Assembly: GCA_964573695.1 (NCBI GenBank)
Contig: CAZNKB010000003.1
Span: 36,815 to 100,814 of the forward strand
Length of the DNA: 64,000 nucleotides
Source: an uncultured Gammaproteobacteria bacterium
Lineage (GTDB): Bacteria > Patescibacteriota > Microgenomatia > UBA10105 > UBA927
Reading direction: 5' to 3'
The position numbers and the translations under genes are program-made. Of this stretch, positions 38,882 to 49,682 are shown piece by piece; the first letter of the stretch is position 1; every line of letters begins with the position of its first letter. A model generated the notes under the pieces. The model did not search any database. It saw only the letters and a program-made list of their open reading frames with translations, and was not told where the DNA came from.

Positions 38882-39401
38882 TGAGTTTTGCCGGCACACC
38901 CGCTACCATAACGCTGTCGGGCACGGATTTCGTAACGACGGCGCCTGCACCGACCACGCTTTTTTTGCCTATCGTAACTCCGGGCAATATAATCGCTCCC
39001 GTACCCACATAAGCCGCCGGCTTCACGACGACACTCGCTTCACGAGTCGGATAGATGCGCTGCAACGGATGATCGTCGTAACCCACATTTATATGTGTGA
39101 CGACCGTTACCCTGCCGGAGAGCGTCACCTCATCGGCAAGCTCAATGCCGCCGCGAACGTCCAAACTGACTTCATCGCCCAAAAAACATTTGTCGCCGAT
39201 TGTCAGCCTGCGGAAACCGTAATGATGCAGATTGGTAAACTGCACATTCATTATCACCGTGTCTTTTCCTATCGTTGCTCCCGCCAGCCGCAGGAGAACC
39301 ACCCGTACGGGCGGCAACGACATATGAATAATCCAGGCATAAAAGCCATACCACACATAGCGGATCGCTTTCGACACCCCTATGGATTGCAGCGCCTTCA
39401 T
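38868..39401 (-). CDS. Hexapeptide-repeat (LbH) acyltransferase
   Basis: VGTGAIILPGVTIGKKSVVGAGAVVTKSVP..AGVPAK. Confidence 0.92.
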   Translation of the reverse strand: MKALQSIGVSKAIRYVWYGFYAWIIHMSLPPVRVVLLRLAGATIGKDTVIMNVQFTNLHHYGFRRLTIGDKCFLGDEVSLDVRGGIELADEVTLSGRVTVVTHINVGYDDHPLQRIYPTREASVVVKPAAYVGTGAIILPGVTIGKKSVVGAGAVVTKSVPDSVMVAGVPAKLIKRI

Positions 39402-40117
39402 AGATGTAATCGCTTCCGAAACTTCAACAACTGTACCACATAGTCTAGCGTATCCCGGAATATATTTACCGACGAGACTTTATCGAATCTGCGCAAAAAC
39501 AAGACCGGAACTTCGGTAATCCTCAAACCCGCGCGGCGCGCATATACCATGACCTCGGTATCCCAAAACCATCCGGCATACTGCGTTTTTGAGATAACCG
39601 GCAAAATCTTTTTCCTGTGGAAAAACTTATAACCGGTTTCCGTATCCATACCTCCCGTTCCGATAAGCATGTCAGAAAGCCATTGATACCCCCGACTCAG
39701 CACCTCACGAAGGACCGCTCTCGGACTTGTCCGATAAAAACGCTTTCCGATCACGACATCGGATTTTTTGTTGAGGATCATCGTCACAAGCAGCGGAATA
39801 TACACCGGGGATACTTCGCAATCGATATCGATATACCCCACAACGGTAGCGCGTGCCTCACGCATACCGTCCATGACGGTTTGACCACGGCCTCTGTTGG
39901 TAGCGTGATACAAGGCCCGCATTGATGGATTGTTGCGACAAACGGATGCAATTAATCGAGGGGTGATATCCCGGCTGGCGTCGTCAACGAAAATTATCTC
40001 ATAGGAAAGCCTGCTCGCATCAAGCACTTCAACGATTCGCTCGACACTTTCCATGAATAAACCGGACTCGTTGAAACACGGCAATATAAGGGAAAGATCC
40101 AGGGATAATTGCTTCAT
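39398..40117 (-). CDS. GT2, polyprenol-phosphate glycosyltransferase (DPM/DPG synthase-like)
   Basis: PCFNE, FVDDASRD, NRGRG, DIDCE, DTETGYK, FWDTE. Confidence 0.88.
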   Translation of the reverse strand: MKQLSLDLSLILPCFNESGLFMESVERIVEVLDASRLSYEIIFVDDASRDITPRLIASVCRNNPSMRALYHATNRGRGQTVMDGMREARATVVGYIDIDCEVSPVYIPLLVTMILNKKSDVVIGKRFYRTSPRAVLREVLSRGYQWLSDMLIGTGGMDTETGYKFFHRKKILPVISKTQYAGWFWDTEVMVYARRAGLRITEVPVLFLRRFDKVSSVNIFRDTLDYVVQLLKFRKRLHL

Positions 40118-40163
40118 TGCCGCTCATCATATCAGGCGCAAATGTAAAGATGCAACACACGCA

Positions 40164-41693
40164 TCAGTCGATACGGACAAGCAAGCTATTATCAGCCGAT
40201 TCCGATCGGTAATGCGCGCGGATGTAGGCCTGATTGGCGGCGGACAAAGTCGATACGCGCCCCAACCGCCCCTGATATATATATCGTGTGTGCGTCCGTT
40301 CCAAGGTGCTGGGCAAATCAGGCAACGGGCGTGACAAGTACGGTTCCCATTGTCCGAACGGAACGCAGCAAACATAATACGGATCGGCAAAATAGATCGT
40401 TGATCCGACCAGATCCAAAACATACGCACCTTTGGGAATCATCGCTATAGCCCTGTTGAGAATACGGACATCCTCATCATTGGTAAGCATGAGTTTAGGC
40501 ATATTGATCTGGCCGTTTACGCTCCATATGCCGATGCACAAGGCCGCAAAACCTAAGGTAAATACGAACCGTCCTTCCTGCCTCTGACTCAAATAATTCC
40601 ATGCAACCAACACGACATCCGCTGCATAAAACGCTACAAACACCGCAATAGGAATCAGATATTGGGCGTGACGCAGCGGGTAGCCATAGAGAAACGATAG
40701 GATGTAGGAGAGACATGTCCCCGCAATAAGCATCTCCTGCCATACGCCTTTTTTGCCGTGTGCAACAAACGGGCTGACAAACCGAATGCTTCCGGCCATA
40801 AGCCCTATAAACCAACATATATGATTTGCAACGAGCCCGACGGACCATCCGGGCAGACCGTAATAAACGGTATTCGGATAAAAAAATAAATCAGCCTGCA
40901 TACCGAATACTTCTCCTATTCGGTTTACTTCAAACGGAAGCTTGGTTAGGGAATAAACGACCGTATCAACGACCGTCCAGTCTCGGAAGACAAAAGCGAC
41001 CCAGAACACAAACATCCCGAAAGATATCACCCCTCCGGCGACAAAGCTTATGAATGCTCGATTTCTGTCCCGGATACTTTCTTCACCCAAAAACATCCAC
41101 GCAAAAAGAACCACGCTGGAAACGACGACCTGCGGCAGCGTCTTTTGTAACACCAGAAGCGACGCGCCGTACAATAACCCCGAAAGGATGAACATCCAGT
41201 ATCGGCGAGGCAGACGGATCGCGTCAATCTCACAGATGAGACCGAGCAATGCAAGAAGCACGGCCAGCGTGTCCGGCCGTATCTCCATGAGCTTGTCTTG
41301 CGGCAACGGGAGAAAAACAAACAACGCTGCAGCCAGTACCGCCACCCAAGACTTCCGCACCTGCCAAAACAAATACGACATAGCCCCCGCCGTCATGACA
41401 TATAGGACAAATGCGACGGTGCGCCCTACAAAAAGTACCACCTGTCCTTCAACAAACGCATACATCGGGGCCAACACATAAAGAAACCCGGGAGGCGCAT
41501 AAAGGAGAAAATCCCGATAAGGAAGATGTCCGGAAAATACATTATGTGCCCAATGAAGATAAGCGAGCTCATCCGCATCGAAGTACCGCACAAGTGAACT
41601 ATGCCAGCGCGACCATAAAAGGAGCAAAAGCAGGCAGAAGGAAAAAAGTCCCAAAATTTTCGCAAGTGGCACTCGAAATTGTGTTAGTCGCAT
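40164..41693 (-). CDS. GT-C-fold polytopic membrane glycosyltransferase (putative)
   Basis: FDADELAYLH in the first loop, PYRDF..PPG, EIRPD, more than 10 TMs. Confidence 0.75.
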   Translation of the reverse strand: MRLTQFRVPLAKILGLFSFCLLLLLLWSRWHSSLVRYFDADELAYLHWAHNVFSGHLPYRDFLLYAPPGFLYVLAPMYAFVEGQVVLFVGRTVAFVLYVMTAGAMSYLFWQVRKSWVAVLAAALFVFLPLPQDKLMEIRPDTLAVLLALLGLICEIDAIRLPRRYWMFILSGLLYGASLLVLQKTLPQVVVSSVVLFAWMFLGEESIRDRNRAFISFVAGGVISFGMFVFWVAFVFRDWTVVDTVVYSLTKLPFEVNRIGEVFGMQADLFFYPNTVYYGLPGWSVGLVANHICWFIGLMAGSIRFVSPFVAHGKKGVWQEMLIAGTCLSYILSFLYGYPLRHAQYLIPIAVFVAFYAADVVLVAWNYLSQRQEGRFVFTLGFAALCIGIWSVNGQINMPKLMLTNDEDVRILNRAIAMIPKGAYVLDLVGSTIYFADPYYVCCVPFGQWEPYLSRPLPDLPSTLERTHTRYIYQGRLGRVSTLSAANQAYIRAHYRSESADNSLLVRID

Positions 41694-41718
41694 GGGATAA
41701 TGACACCATTGTGACACA

Positions 41719-43329
41719 ATGAAAAAAATATCTCGAGATACGAGTGCTACTTTTATCATAGGTGCGTTAATCATTACGGCGAATTCATGGCACGTGATAA
41801 CCGAATGGCTTATCAACAAACCAAACGAAGTATTTACGGCCGTATCGCATTACTTCATAGATTATTTTTTCTATATATCTCACATTGTCCAGGGAGCAAA
41901 TGGCGCGTGGCTATACACAAGGCACATGTTCACCAACGAGCCGCTGACTCCCACTTGGATTTATTGGCTTTACACGATTTTAGGTAAATTCAGCAGCATA
42001 GGAGTCAATCCCTTTACTGTGTACAACATAAGTATTGTCGCCTTTTCTGCCCTGACACTTATCCTCTGGTGGAAGATGCTCAGGGTAATACTCCCAGATA
42101 AACCCCTCACACGACTCGTTGCATTCTTGTTTATCACGACGGCGTCGAATTTCCCCGGATTGGGAGACTTCTGGTTTTCCCCTACTCCGGCGCTCAATCG
42201 TCTGGGCGGAGTTCCGCACCAAATTTTCCAAACAATCGTCCTTCTTTTGACAATGTATTTATTCTCGTTGACCATGCACCCAAAGCAACTCCTGGTGGGC
42301 CGCAAACGAACAGTCATGCTTGGTTCCCTCACGCTTGTGTCCTTTATATCGGCAACCGTAAGTCCTATACAAATGCTTCTTGTCGTCGCTGCTACTGCTT
42401 TGTTGCTCATCATAACGGGAAAAGGGAAAATGGAGGCTCTTCACCTCATATCGTTTAGCGTTCTCGCCGCCCCGGCGCTGGCAGGGGCATATCTTACTAA
42501 TGGAGAATTTGCCCGCCAACAAATCCTTGTAATTGCAAAATCCTGGGAAAACAGTCAGCACATTTCTGTCACGCTTTGGCAATTTATACTAGCGGTCGGC
42601 CCTATTTCTATCTGCATCCCTTTTGGGATAAAACCGTTCGCACAAAAAACGCCGCCCCTACGCATGCTCCTCGGGATATTTTCATTGCTTTCCCTCATAC
42701 TTTTTTTCTCCCCCGTTCCCCGCTTATTAGGAACTGCTTCGGTGCGTTGGCTTTCCCCCGCTTCTTACGGGGCGCTCCCGATTCTTGCAGCGTTGGGATT
42801 TGAAGAAATCGTCCGACTCACAAAACGGTCTGTACTGCGGCAAATTCCGTCGCCAAGTGTATTTTCCCTTCTCCTCGTCATCTATCTCCTCGTTACGATT
42901 CCCTCTCTAATCAACCAAATACACGCGCGCGTGTCTCCTCTTAGAAACGATCGGGTCATTGCATCGCTTAACCATATTCCCTTTGCCATGAGGGACGCGT
43001 TCGTGGTCATTAAGAAAGACAGTCGCGACGGTGTTATCATGACGGATCCGGTACTTACCTACGATACGGTTATCCCGATATTTACCGGCAAACGAACGCT
43101 TACCGGGCAACCGGTTCACACGCTTTATCCCCAGGTGAAAGAACATCTACGCACGCGTTTTTTTTCCGGAACCATGTCGGAGCTTGAGGCCAAACAATTT
43201 ATCACGGACCATGATATTGACTACATTCTCGCTTCTTCGGGCGCATCGCGCTCGCTCCCCACTTATGCATTTATGAGCGAAATATTTCACAACGAAGCTG
43301 CCTCCGTCTATGTCACATACAAAAAGTAG
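41719..43329 (+). CDS. GT-C-like polytopic membrane protein, paralog family A
   Basis: DYFFYISHIVQG, RLGGVPHQ, IPIFTGKRTLTGQ. Confidence 0.7.
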   Translation: MKKISRDTSATFIIGALIITANSWHVITEWLINKPNEVFTAVSHYFIDYFFYISHIVQGANGAWLYTRHMFTNEPLTPTWIYWLYTILGKFSSIGVNPFTVYNISIVAFSALTLILWWKMLRVILPDKPLTRLVAFLFITTASNFPGLGDFWFSPTPALNRLGGVPHQIFQTIVLLLTMYLFSLTMHPKQLLVGRKRTVMLGSLTLVSFISATVSPIQMLLVVAATALLLIITGKGKMEALHLISFSVLAAPALAGAYLTNGEFARQQILVIAKSWENSQHISVTLWQFILAVGPISICIPFGIKPFAQKTPPLRMLLGIFSLLSLILFFSPVPRLLGTASVRWLSPASYGALPILAALGFEEIVRLTKRSVLRQIPSPSVFSLLLVIYLLVTIPSLINQIHARVSPLRNDRVIASLNHIPFAMRDAFVVIKKDSRDGVIMTDPVLTYDTVIPIFTGKRTLTGQPVHTLYPQVKEHLRTRFFSGTMSELEAKQFITDHDIDYILASSGASRSLPTYAFMSEIFHNEAASVYVTYKK

Positions 43330-45025
43330 CCTGAAAAAAATCCTGTCGTGGTGCCACACGCACGCAGGACTCATCACCACCGTAGCATTTCTTTTACTGC
43401 ATCTGTCTATCATGGACAGATACGGATATACGTGGGATTTTCATTTCCACTTCTTCGGAGGCGGCAAATTGTTGGGAATAGAGCCGAACGTACTGGAACC
43501 GCGTAACTTACCCTTTGTCGAGCCGGATCCGAGAAACGCCTGGACGCTTCCGTATGGGGCGCTCATGAGCATCCCCCCCGTCGCCTCATACCTTGTCCTG
43601 TACAAAACGCTGCACCTGCTCCCTGCCGATGCCGCATACCATCTGCCGATTATTTTTTGGGGCATAGCCGGTGTAGCCATTCTGTATGCGTTTGTTAAAG
43701 AAGCGGCCAATGCGCGCACGGCGTTATTTGCAGCATTCATATTGGCACTTACGCCGCGATATTTTGGGGACATGCATAATAATATGAAGGACATCCCTTC
43801 TGCAGTTGTATTCGCGCTTAATATATGGCTCTTGTGGCGGTTCGTCCGTCATAAACGACTGACGGATCTTCTCTTGGCTATAGCCGCCTTTGCCATAGCG
43901 TTCAACGTGAAGGTCAACAGCGTCTTTATTCCTGCCGTCTTTGCCTGCTGGCTTATTTTTTTGCGTTTTACCAATTACCGATTACGGAGTGCTAACTACC
44001 TATCGTATTTTCTCCTCGCTCCCCTTGCCGCATTTCTTCTCTGGTGGGTATTCTGGCCCGATCCTATCGGACAACTGAAACACGCGTTTCTCACATTTGG
44101 CATAGGAACGAATAATATAGAAGTCCTCTTGAACGGATCCTGGTACTGCTCCGGATCTACCGTACCGTGGTATTACCCGTATTGGTATCTAGCTATAACT
44201 ATGCCGCTATCTGTTTTGATATTCTTTTTGGTAGGTGTTAGCGCGCCAATTTTTCCGGCAGTGCAACAATTCTTGACCGTTTACACATCACCGCTCAGGG
44301 GAAAAACATATCACATAACTCATGACGTTTCCGTGAGGCATCAACGGCAAACTCTTCTGCTCCTCTGGCTCTTCATCCCGCTTACCCGTTATCTCGTGCC
44401 TTCTATCGGAGTCATTGATGGAATTCGGCATTTTGAAGAAGCGCTCTTCCCCCTCGCCGCCCTCGCGGCTCTCGGCGTGGACAAGATATTTAGCTTCGCA
44501 AGGCGTCCCCTTGCGAAGCTAATTTTTCTATGTTTCGTTTTTGGGTCTTTGTTCTCCATAAATTGGTCTTACCACCCTTACCAAATCGCTTACTTTAACG
44601 AACTTGTGGGCGGAGCCGCGGGCGCCGTCGGCAAATATGATCTCGATTACTGGGGTACGAGCCAGAAGGAGGCGGTTCTTTGGGTCAACGCTCATGCGCC
44701 GAAAAACTCTACCGTTCACATCGCCATGGCAGCTGCTGTAGCCGGCCAATATCTGCGTCCGGATCTTCTCGCGACTCTCAATACGCGGGGATACGACGAT
44801 TCGGACTTTGTCGTCATCTTAAATAGGCAATCATTCTTCTATCGTTTCTTCTACGTCTACGAATATCTTCTCGCCCACCGGCCAACATACACGGTGCGCG
44901 CGGCGGGAGCGCCTCTCACCTGGGTATACGACAACCGATCCGCAAACACGACACCACGTCAATCACCTTGGTGGCAAGATGAAGATCCATGTATCATAAA
45001 ATATTGGCGGGGAGAACGTCCGTAA
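43310..45025 (+). CDS. GT-C glycosyltransferase (PMT_2/GT39-like)
   Basis: YGYTWD, NNMKDIP, PWYYP, DGIRHF, HPYQIAYFNEL, DYWGTS. Confidence 0.8.
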   Translation: MSHTKSSLKKILSWCHTHAGLITTVAFLLLHLSIMDRYGYTWDFHFHFFGGGKLLGIEPNVLEPRNLPFVEPDPRNAWTLPYGALMSIPPVASYLVLYKTLHLLPADAAYHLPIIFWGIAGVAILYAFVKEAANARTALFAAFILALTPRYFGDMHNNMKDIPSAVVFALNIWLLWRFVRHKRLTDLLLAIAAFAIAFNVKVNSVFIPAVFACWLIFLRFTNYRLRSANYLSYFLLAPLAAFLLWWVFWPDPIGQLKHAFLTFGIGTNNIEVLLNGSWYCSGSTVPWYYPYWYLAITMPLSVLIFFLVGVSAPIFPAVQQFLTVYTSPLRGKTYHITHDVSVRHQRQTLLLLWLFIPLTRYLVPSIGVIDGIRHFEEALFPLAALAALGVDKIFSFARRPLAKLIFLCFVFGSLFSINWSYHPYQIAYFNELVGGAAGAVGKYDLDYWGTSQKEAVLWVNAHAPKNSTVHIAMAAAVAGQYLRPDLLATLNTRGYDDSDFVVILNRQSFFYRFFYVYEYLLAHRPTYTVRAAGAPLTWVYDNRSANTTPRQSPWWQDEDPCIIKYWRGERP

Positions 45026-45035
45026 CTGTCAGATT

Positions 45036-46724
45036 ATGAAACAGCATATATACCTGCCGATTATTGTCTTTGCGCTTCTTGTGCTCGCTCCGCTCCTTAC
45101 TCCTCTGACTCAGCACGGCACGCTGCACCAATTCGATACGATACTCCATTTGGAACGGATCGTGGCGTTTTATCAGGCGCTTTTGGATCACAGTATTCCT
45201 CCTTCGTGGTCCACATATTTATCGTATGGATTCGGGTCCCCTGTGCTTATCTACAACTGGTCTTTCCCCTATTATGTTGCCTCCCTGTTCCTTTCTCTTC
45301 ATGTCACCCTTGTGGATACGTACAAATGGATGACGGCAATAACTTACGTACTCGCATTTGTCTGGATGTTTCTATTTGTCGCCACTTTTACCAAATCCCG
45401 CGCCAGCGCGCTCGTTGCAGCAGCCTGGTACGTGTGGGCACCATACCAGTTCAACATCAACCAGCTGCGGGGCGCTATCGGGGAAGAATTTGCCACCGCG
45501 TTTTGGCCGGGTATATTTTGGGCGACGGTGACACTGTTTCATAAACGCTATACGCTCGGCTTTTTCACCGGCACCTTACTGTGGTCTGTGACACTTTGGT
45601 CCCACCCGCCGATGTTTGCCATGATTGTTCCGCTGTGGTTGCTATTTATGATACTCCACCTGATTGAAACACGGAATATCCGCGCGGCAATCGTATCGCT
45701 TAGCACGCTTTTGGCCGGCATGGGGATAGTCGCGTATTCCTGGATTCCGATTCTTTTTGAACGTGAATGGCTCTATTATGGCGTACACGAGGCAATATAT
45801 CCGGACAACTTTGTCCGTTGGTCGCAACTGCTTTCTCAGCCTAATTTCTATGAATTCAACCTTGAGCTTGGCCCCACACGGTACTTCGTCTTTTATTCCA
45901 TAGGGTGGGTATTCCTGGTAGTTGGAATTCTTACGGCATACGCACTCGTTGTCCACAGCCGGAAATTGACCCGCACGCATATCTTTGCGCTCCTGTTTCT
46001 TGGTATGGGAATATTCGGGGTTTTTCTCCTTCGCCCGGCATCTACCTGGTTATGGGCATATCTGCCGTTACTTGCTCCCACTATGGTATTCCCTCAGCGG
46101 TTTTTGGGACTCGTTATGTTTTGCGGGAGTGTCCTGGGCGGATTGTATATATCCCGTCTCAATAAGCGGCACGTCTGGACCGGAGCCATACTGTCTATTG
46201 CCGGGATTATGTTTCTCAATTATCCGTATCTTACGCTGAATAAAAATCGCGAAACGGACATAGCCAAACTCAATAATCCCGTACTGACGACGACAGACGT
46301 ATGGGGAGAATTCAGTCCGAAATGGATACCGGCCGATTTCCAACAGCGTGGCCCAACCCTCGCCAAACGTCCCCTTCTCACTATAACGCCGGAACAACCC
46401 AAGGAACCCGTATGCACCCAGACATCGATATCCCTCACCTGTACCGTTGATACCCAAGACGCCGCAACTGTAGGAATACGTCAGTTCTATTTCCCGGGCT
46501 GGCAGGCTACAGCGGACGGAACCGACTACCCCGTTACAAAAGATGCAGACGGCACCATGCGTCTTGATCTTACCAAGCCTACCCATACTATTCGGTTAGT
46601 CTTTGGTAAGACTCCGGTACGGAAATTTTCCCTGATTCTGTCCGCCGTATGTACGGGACTGTATCTATTTTTTGGTGCAAAAGCTGTTTATACTCGTATG
46701 AGAAGGAAACACACACACTTATGA
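45036..46724 (+). CDS. PTPS-related/YfhO-like GT-C membrane protein
   Basis: DTILHLER, YGFGSPVLIYN, APYQ..RGAIGE, FPQRFL, FYFPGW. Confidence 0.78.
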   Translation: MKQHIYLPIIVFALLVLAPLLTPLTQHGTLHQFDTILHLERIVAFYQALLDHSIPPSWSTYLSYGFGSPVLIYNWSFPYYVASLFLSLHVTLVDTYKWMTAITYVLAFVWMFLFVATFTKSRASALVAAAWYVWAPYQFNINQLRGAIGEEFATAFWPGIFWATVTLFHKRYTLGFFTGTLLWSVTLWSHPPMFAMIVPLWLLFMILHLIETRNIRAAIVSLSTLLAGMGIVAYSWIPILFEREWLYYGVHEAIYPDNFVRWSQLLSQPNFYEFNLELGPTRYFVFYSIGWVFLVVGILTAYALVVHSRKLTRTHIFALLFLGMGIFGVFLLRPASTWLWAYLPLLAPTMVFPQRFLGLVMFCGSVLGGLYISRLNKRHVWTGAILSIAGIMFLNYPYLTLNKNRETDIAKLNNPVLTTTDVWGEFSPKWIPADFQQRGPTLAKRPLLTITPEQPKEPVCTQTSISLTCTVDTQDAATVGIRQFYFPGWQATADGTDYPVTKDADGTMRLDLTKPTHTIRLVFGKTPVRKFSLILSAVCTGLYLFFGAKAVYTRMRRKHTHL

Positions 46725-47824
46725 AACGGGATATCGCGTGGATCATAAACATATTTCTTCTGGCTTCCCTTCTGTTATACGGATATTATTGCCTGTTTAC
46801 GCCCCATGGCATGAGTTACGTCTACAAAAACTGGGACGGGCCCGGCTACCTGATTGTCGCCAAAACTCTTTATGATACTTCGCTCATCGAGCGAATAAAT
46901 CCGTTCCCGTTTTTGGCTCCGACACACTATGCCTTTCAGTTCCCCGGATACCCGCTCGTCATCCGGCTCTTTTCGTTTATGGGTTGGAATGAATCGATGA
47001 TATTCTCCAGCCAACTCTTTGCCCTCCTGTATTCTGTAGCACTCTACGTACTTATCAGGGAAGTCAATCCAAAGGCCAATGCCTTCGTTGTCGCTATCCT
47101 TTCTATCTTCTTTACGCCGAGGTGGTTTATCGTGTCGCACGTGGGCAGTACAGAGCCTCAGATGATGTTTTTTATTACCCTTTTTATGATTTTATTCCAC
47201 AGGAAAAAATATTTCTGGGCGGGCCTTTCTATGGGACTTGCGCAACTGACCAAACCCCAGGGAATTGTCTTTTTTGCCGGCATCGGACTGTATTACCTGT
47301 ATTCCGTGTTCGTTACACGGAAAATAAGCATCATGCGCGGCCTCAAAGAAAGCGCCCCGTTTCTATGCATTCCCATTGCGCTGGCCGCTATATTTGCAAC
47401 ATATTATTTCCGGTTCGGGAACTTCTGGATATTTCTCCAAAATGGCGCCTTCCCCACCATGCAGTTACCCCCGCTTAAAGTCCTTACAGCAACAAGCATC
47501 ATGGGTTTTCCCCTGGGATTCTGGACCGGGTGGCTTGAATTTGTCGTGTATAACTACATACTGTATCTGGGAGGGATTGTACTTTTGTTTGAAAAGAAGC
47601 TGTATTTTTTTGGGTTCGTCGCACTCATCTATTTCTTTCCGGTGTTGACGTTTGTACAGGCCGATATGGCACGGTTTATCCTCCCGATCTTGCCGTTTGT
47701 ACTCCTCGGATACTCCGACATCCTGTCTCAAAAATCCGTCTATCGTACGCTCATACTTTCTCTACCCATGGTGTTCATTTTTGCCGTGGGGTATATCAAT
47801 TACAATCTGGCACCACTTCCATAA
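46721..47824 (+). CDS. GT-C membrane glycosyltransferase (PIG-V mannosyltransferase-like)
   Basis: NWDGPGYLIVA, AFQFPGYP, STEP, LTKPQGI, ARF. Confidence 0.75.
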   Translation: MKRDIAWIINIFLLASLLLYGYYCLFTPHGMSYVYKNWDGPGYLIVAKTLYDTSLIERINPFPFLAPTHYAFQFPGYPLVIRLFSFMGWNESMIFSSQLFALLYSVALYVLIREVNPKANAFVVAILSIFFTPRWFIVSHVGSTEPQMMFFITLFMILFHRKKYFWAGLSMGLAQLTKPQGIVFFAGIGLYYLYSVFVTRKISIMRGLKESAPFLCIPIALAAIFATYYFRFGNFWIFLQNGAFPTMQLPPLKVLTATSIMGFPLGFWTGWLEFVVYNYILYLGGIVLLFEKKLYFFGFVALIYFFPVLTFVQADMARFILPILPFVLLGYSDILSQKSVYRTLILSLPMVFIFAVGYINYNLAPLP

Positions 47825-47893
47825 CGATACATGGCAAGAGTGGCGCTTGCCATTTTTCTCTCGCAAAGCGTATTATGTGGAAAAGCAATATCT

Positions 47894-48307
47894 ATGTCAC
47901 GCGGAATCGAACCTATTTTGCATCACAAAAAAGAAATCGCGTGCGTCTATCGTAAAACGATCAAAGCATCGGGAATTCGTTTTCTTACCCAGCCTCAAAA
48001 CGCATTTCAAATTGGCTTGCACGACCGTAAACTCCCCGTATCGCTCCCTGCACATATCCATAATTGTCCGACACCCTTATCCATACCGGAAATTCAGGAG
48101 GTACTATTTGTTATCAAAGGAAAAATTCGCATTACCATGCTCACGAAAAATAACGAGGTAATCGCCAAAAAACTCTTATCATCCGGGGATGCGGTGTTAC
48201 TAAAAACTCAGGCACATAAAGTCGAATTCCTGGGAAATGCCCGGGTTTTTGAAATCAAACAAGGACCCTACCCCGGAGATGCAAATGCCAAACATTACCT
48301 AACATAA
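47894..48307 (+). CDS. Cupin-fold protein of sugar clusters
   Basis: AHIHN, QEVLFVIKG, AH..EIKQGPY. Confidence 0.75.
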   Translation: MSRGIEPILHHKKEIACVYRKTIKASGIRFLTQPQNAFQIGLHDRKLPVSLPAHIHNCPTPLSIPEIQEVLFVIKGKIRITMLTKNNEVIAKKLLSSGDAVLLKTQAHKVEFLGNARVFEIKQGPYPGDANAKHYLT

Positions 48308-48330
48308 TAACCTAAATCCCATGTAGCTTC

Positions 48331-49089
48331 ATGAACCGCCCAACAACAAGCATCATACTTCCCACATATAACGAAGCAGGACATATCACCGCTCTCCTGG
48401 AAGAAATCGTGCGCTACGCCCCTCCCGAAACGGAAATAATCGTTATTGACGATAACTCACCCGATAATACCGGAGCGTTGGCTAGACATTACATCGACAC
48501 CCACCACAAAATGCGGCGTATGCGCGTCATCACCCGCCTGAATAATCGCGGGCTGACCAATAGCCTCATTGAGGGGATAACACGCGCTCATGGTGACATC
48601 ATTCTTTGGATGGACTGTGACTTTTCTCATCCGCCATTCATCATACCCAAACTGATCCGCGCTATCGATCAGGGCGCGGATATGGCGATAGGATCACGAA
48701 ACCACAAAACACCGTCAACTGGCTCCAAAAATACCCAACCACAGGCCCAAACGGTATTTTCACGCATACTCAACATGGTACTTTCCGTCGTATTCGGCTC
48801 TGGCATTACCGATTACACAACGGGCTTTGTCGCGGCAAAAAAAACAGTTCTTCAGAAAATTCCTCTCCGCGGCAATTACGGAGAATATTGCGTGGATTTA
48901 TTGATACGGGCTTTTGGCGCCGGGTACCGTATTGTAGAAATTCCTTTTTTCAGCCCGCAGAGAAAATCCGGAAGCTCCAAAACAGCACCCGACGTATTCA
49001 CATTCCTCCGTCATGGGTCGGGATACGTAAGCACCTTTATCCGGTTACTATGGACACAAAAACTATTCCGCAAAAAAATAGAGATATGA
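48331..49089 (+). CDS. Polyprenol monophosphomannose synthase-like GT2 (DPM1-like)
   Basis: PTYNE, IDDNSPDNT, MDCDFSHPP, GSR, DYTTGF, R..GSSK. Confidence 0.9.
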   Translation: MNRPTTSIILPTYNEAGHITALLEEIVRYAPPETEIIVIDDNSPDNTGALARHYIDTHHKMRRMRVITRLNNRGLTNSLIEGITRAHGDIILWMDCDFSHPPFIIPKLIRAIDQGADMAIGSRNHKTPSTGSKNTQPQAQTVFSRILNMVLSVVFGSGITDYTTGFVAAKKTVLQKIPLRGNYGEYCVDLLIRAFGAGYRIVEIPFFSPQRKSGSSKTAPDVFTFLRHGSGYVSTFIRLLWTQKLFRKKIEI

Positions 49090-49682
49090 ATACGGCACTA
49101 CATATCCGTCCCATGCGGCTATCGGATATACCCGAAGCGAGCCAACTTCACCTACGTACATTACCCGGAGTGGTCGCCAATATCGGCATCCCGTACCTTA
49201 CGGCTCTCTATACCCGCCTCTTTCAACTACCAGCCTTCCATATTGCGCTCGTGGCCGAGGAGCAATCACACATCGCAGGAGTCATCACGGCAACGACCAA
49301 TCTCTACAAAACCCAAGATGCTCTATCCTGGATATTCGTGCAGCCTGCCGTCCTAGCAGCTCTATGCGTGGCAGTACTCAAACGCCGGGTAACGATATCC
49401 GACCTTCTCAAGCGGTTCATCAAGGAGAGGCATTTCCGCGCCCGATTTAAAGCCCCGTATCCTACTATTCTCACCTTTTTTGTCGGCCTGCCGTATCAGC
49501 ACAAAGGCATAGGGAAACAGCTTCTTGTCAGTCTGAATCGACAGCTTCCCCGCAACATACCCCTTTATGTCGACACCGAAAAAACAAACGTTCACGCACA
49601 GGACTGGTACAGCTCCCATGGATTTGAAAAAATTGCGGATGTCGACGCAAATGTCGTTTATCGTCAACAGATCTTACACTGA
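49086..49682 (+). CDS. GNAT-family N-acetyltransferase
   Basis: YQHKGIGKQLL, N..AQDWY..HGF. Confidence 0.85.
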   Translation: MNTALHIRPMRLSDIPEASQLHLRTLPGVVANIGIPYLTALYTRLFQLPAFHIALVAEEQSHIAGVITATTNLYKTQDALSWIFVQPAVLAALCVAVLKRRVTISDLLKRFIKERHFRARFKAPYPTILTFFVGLPYQHKGIGKQLLVSLNRQLPRNIPLYVDTEKTNVHAQDWYSSHGFEKIADVDANVVYRQQILH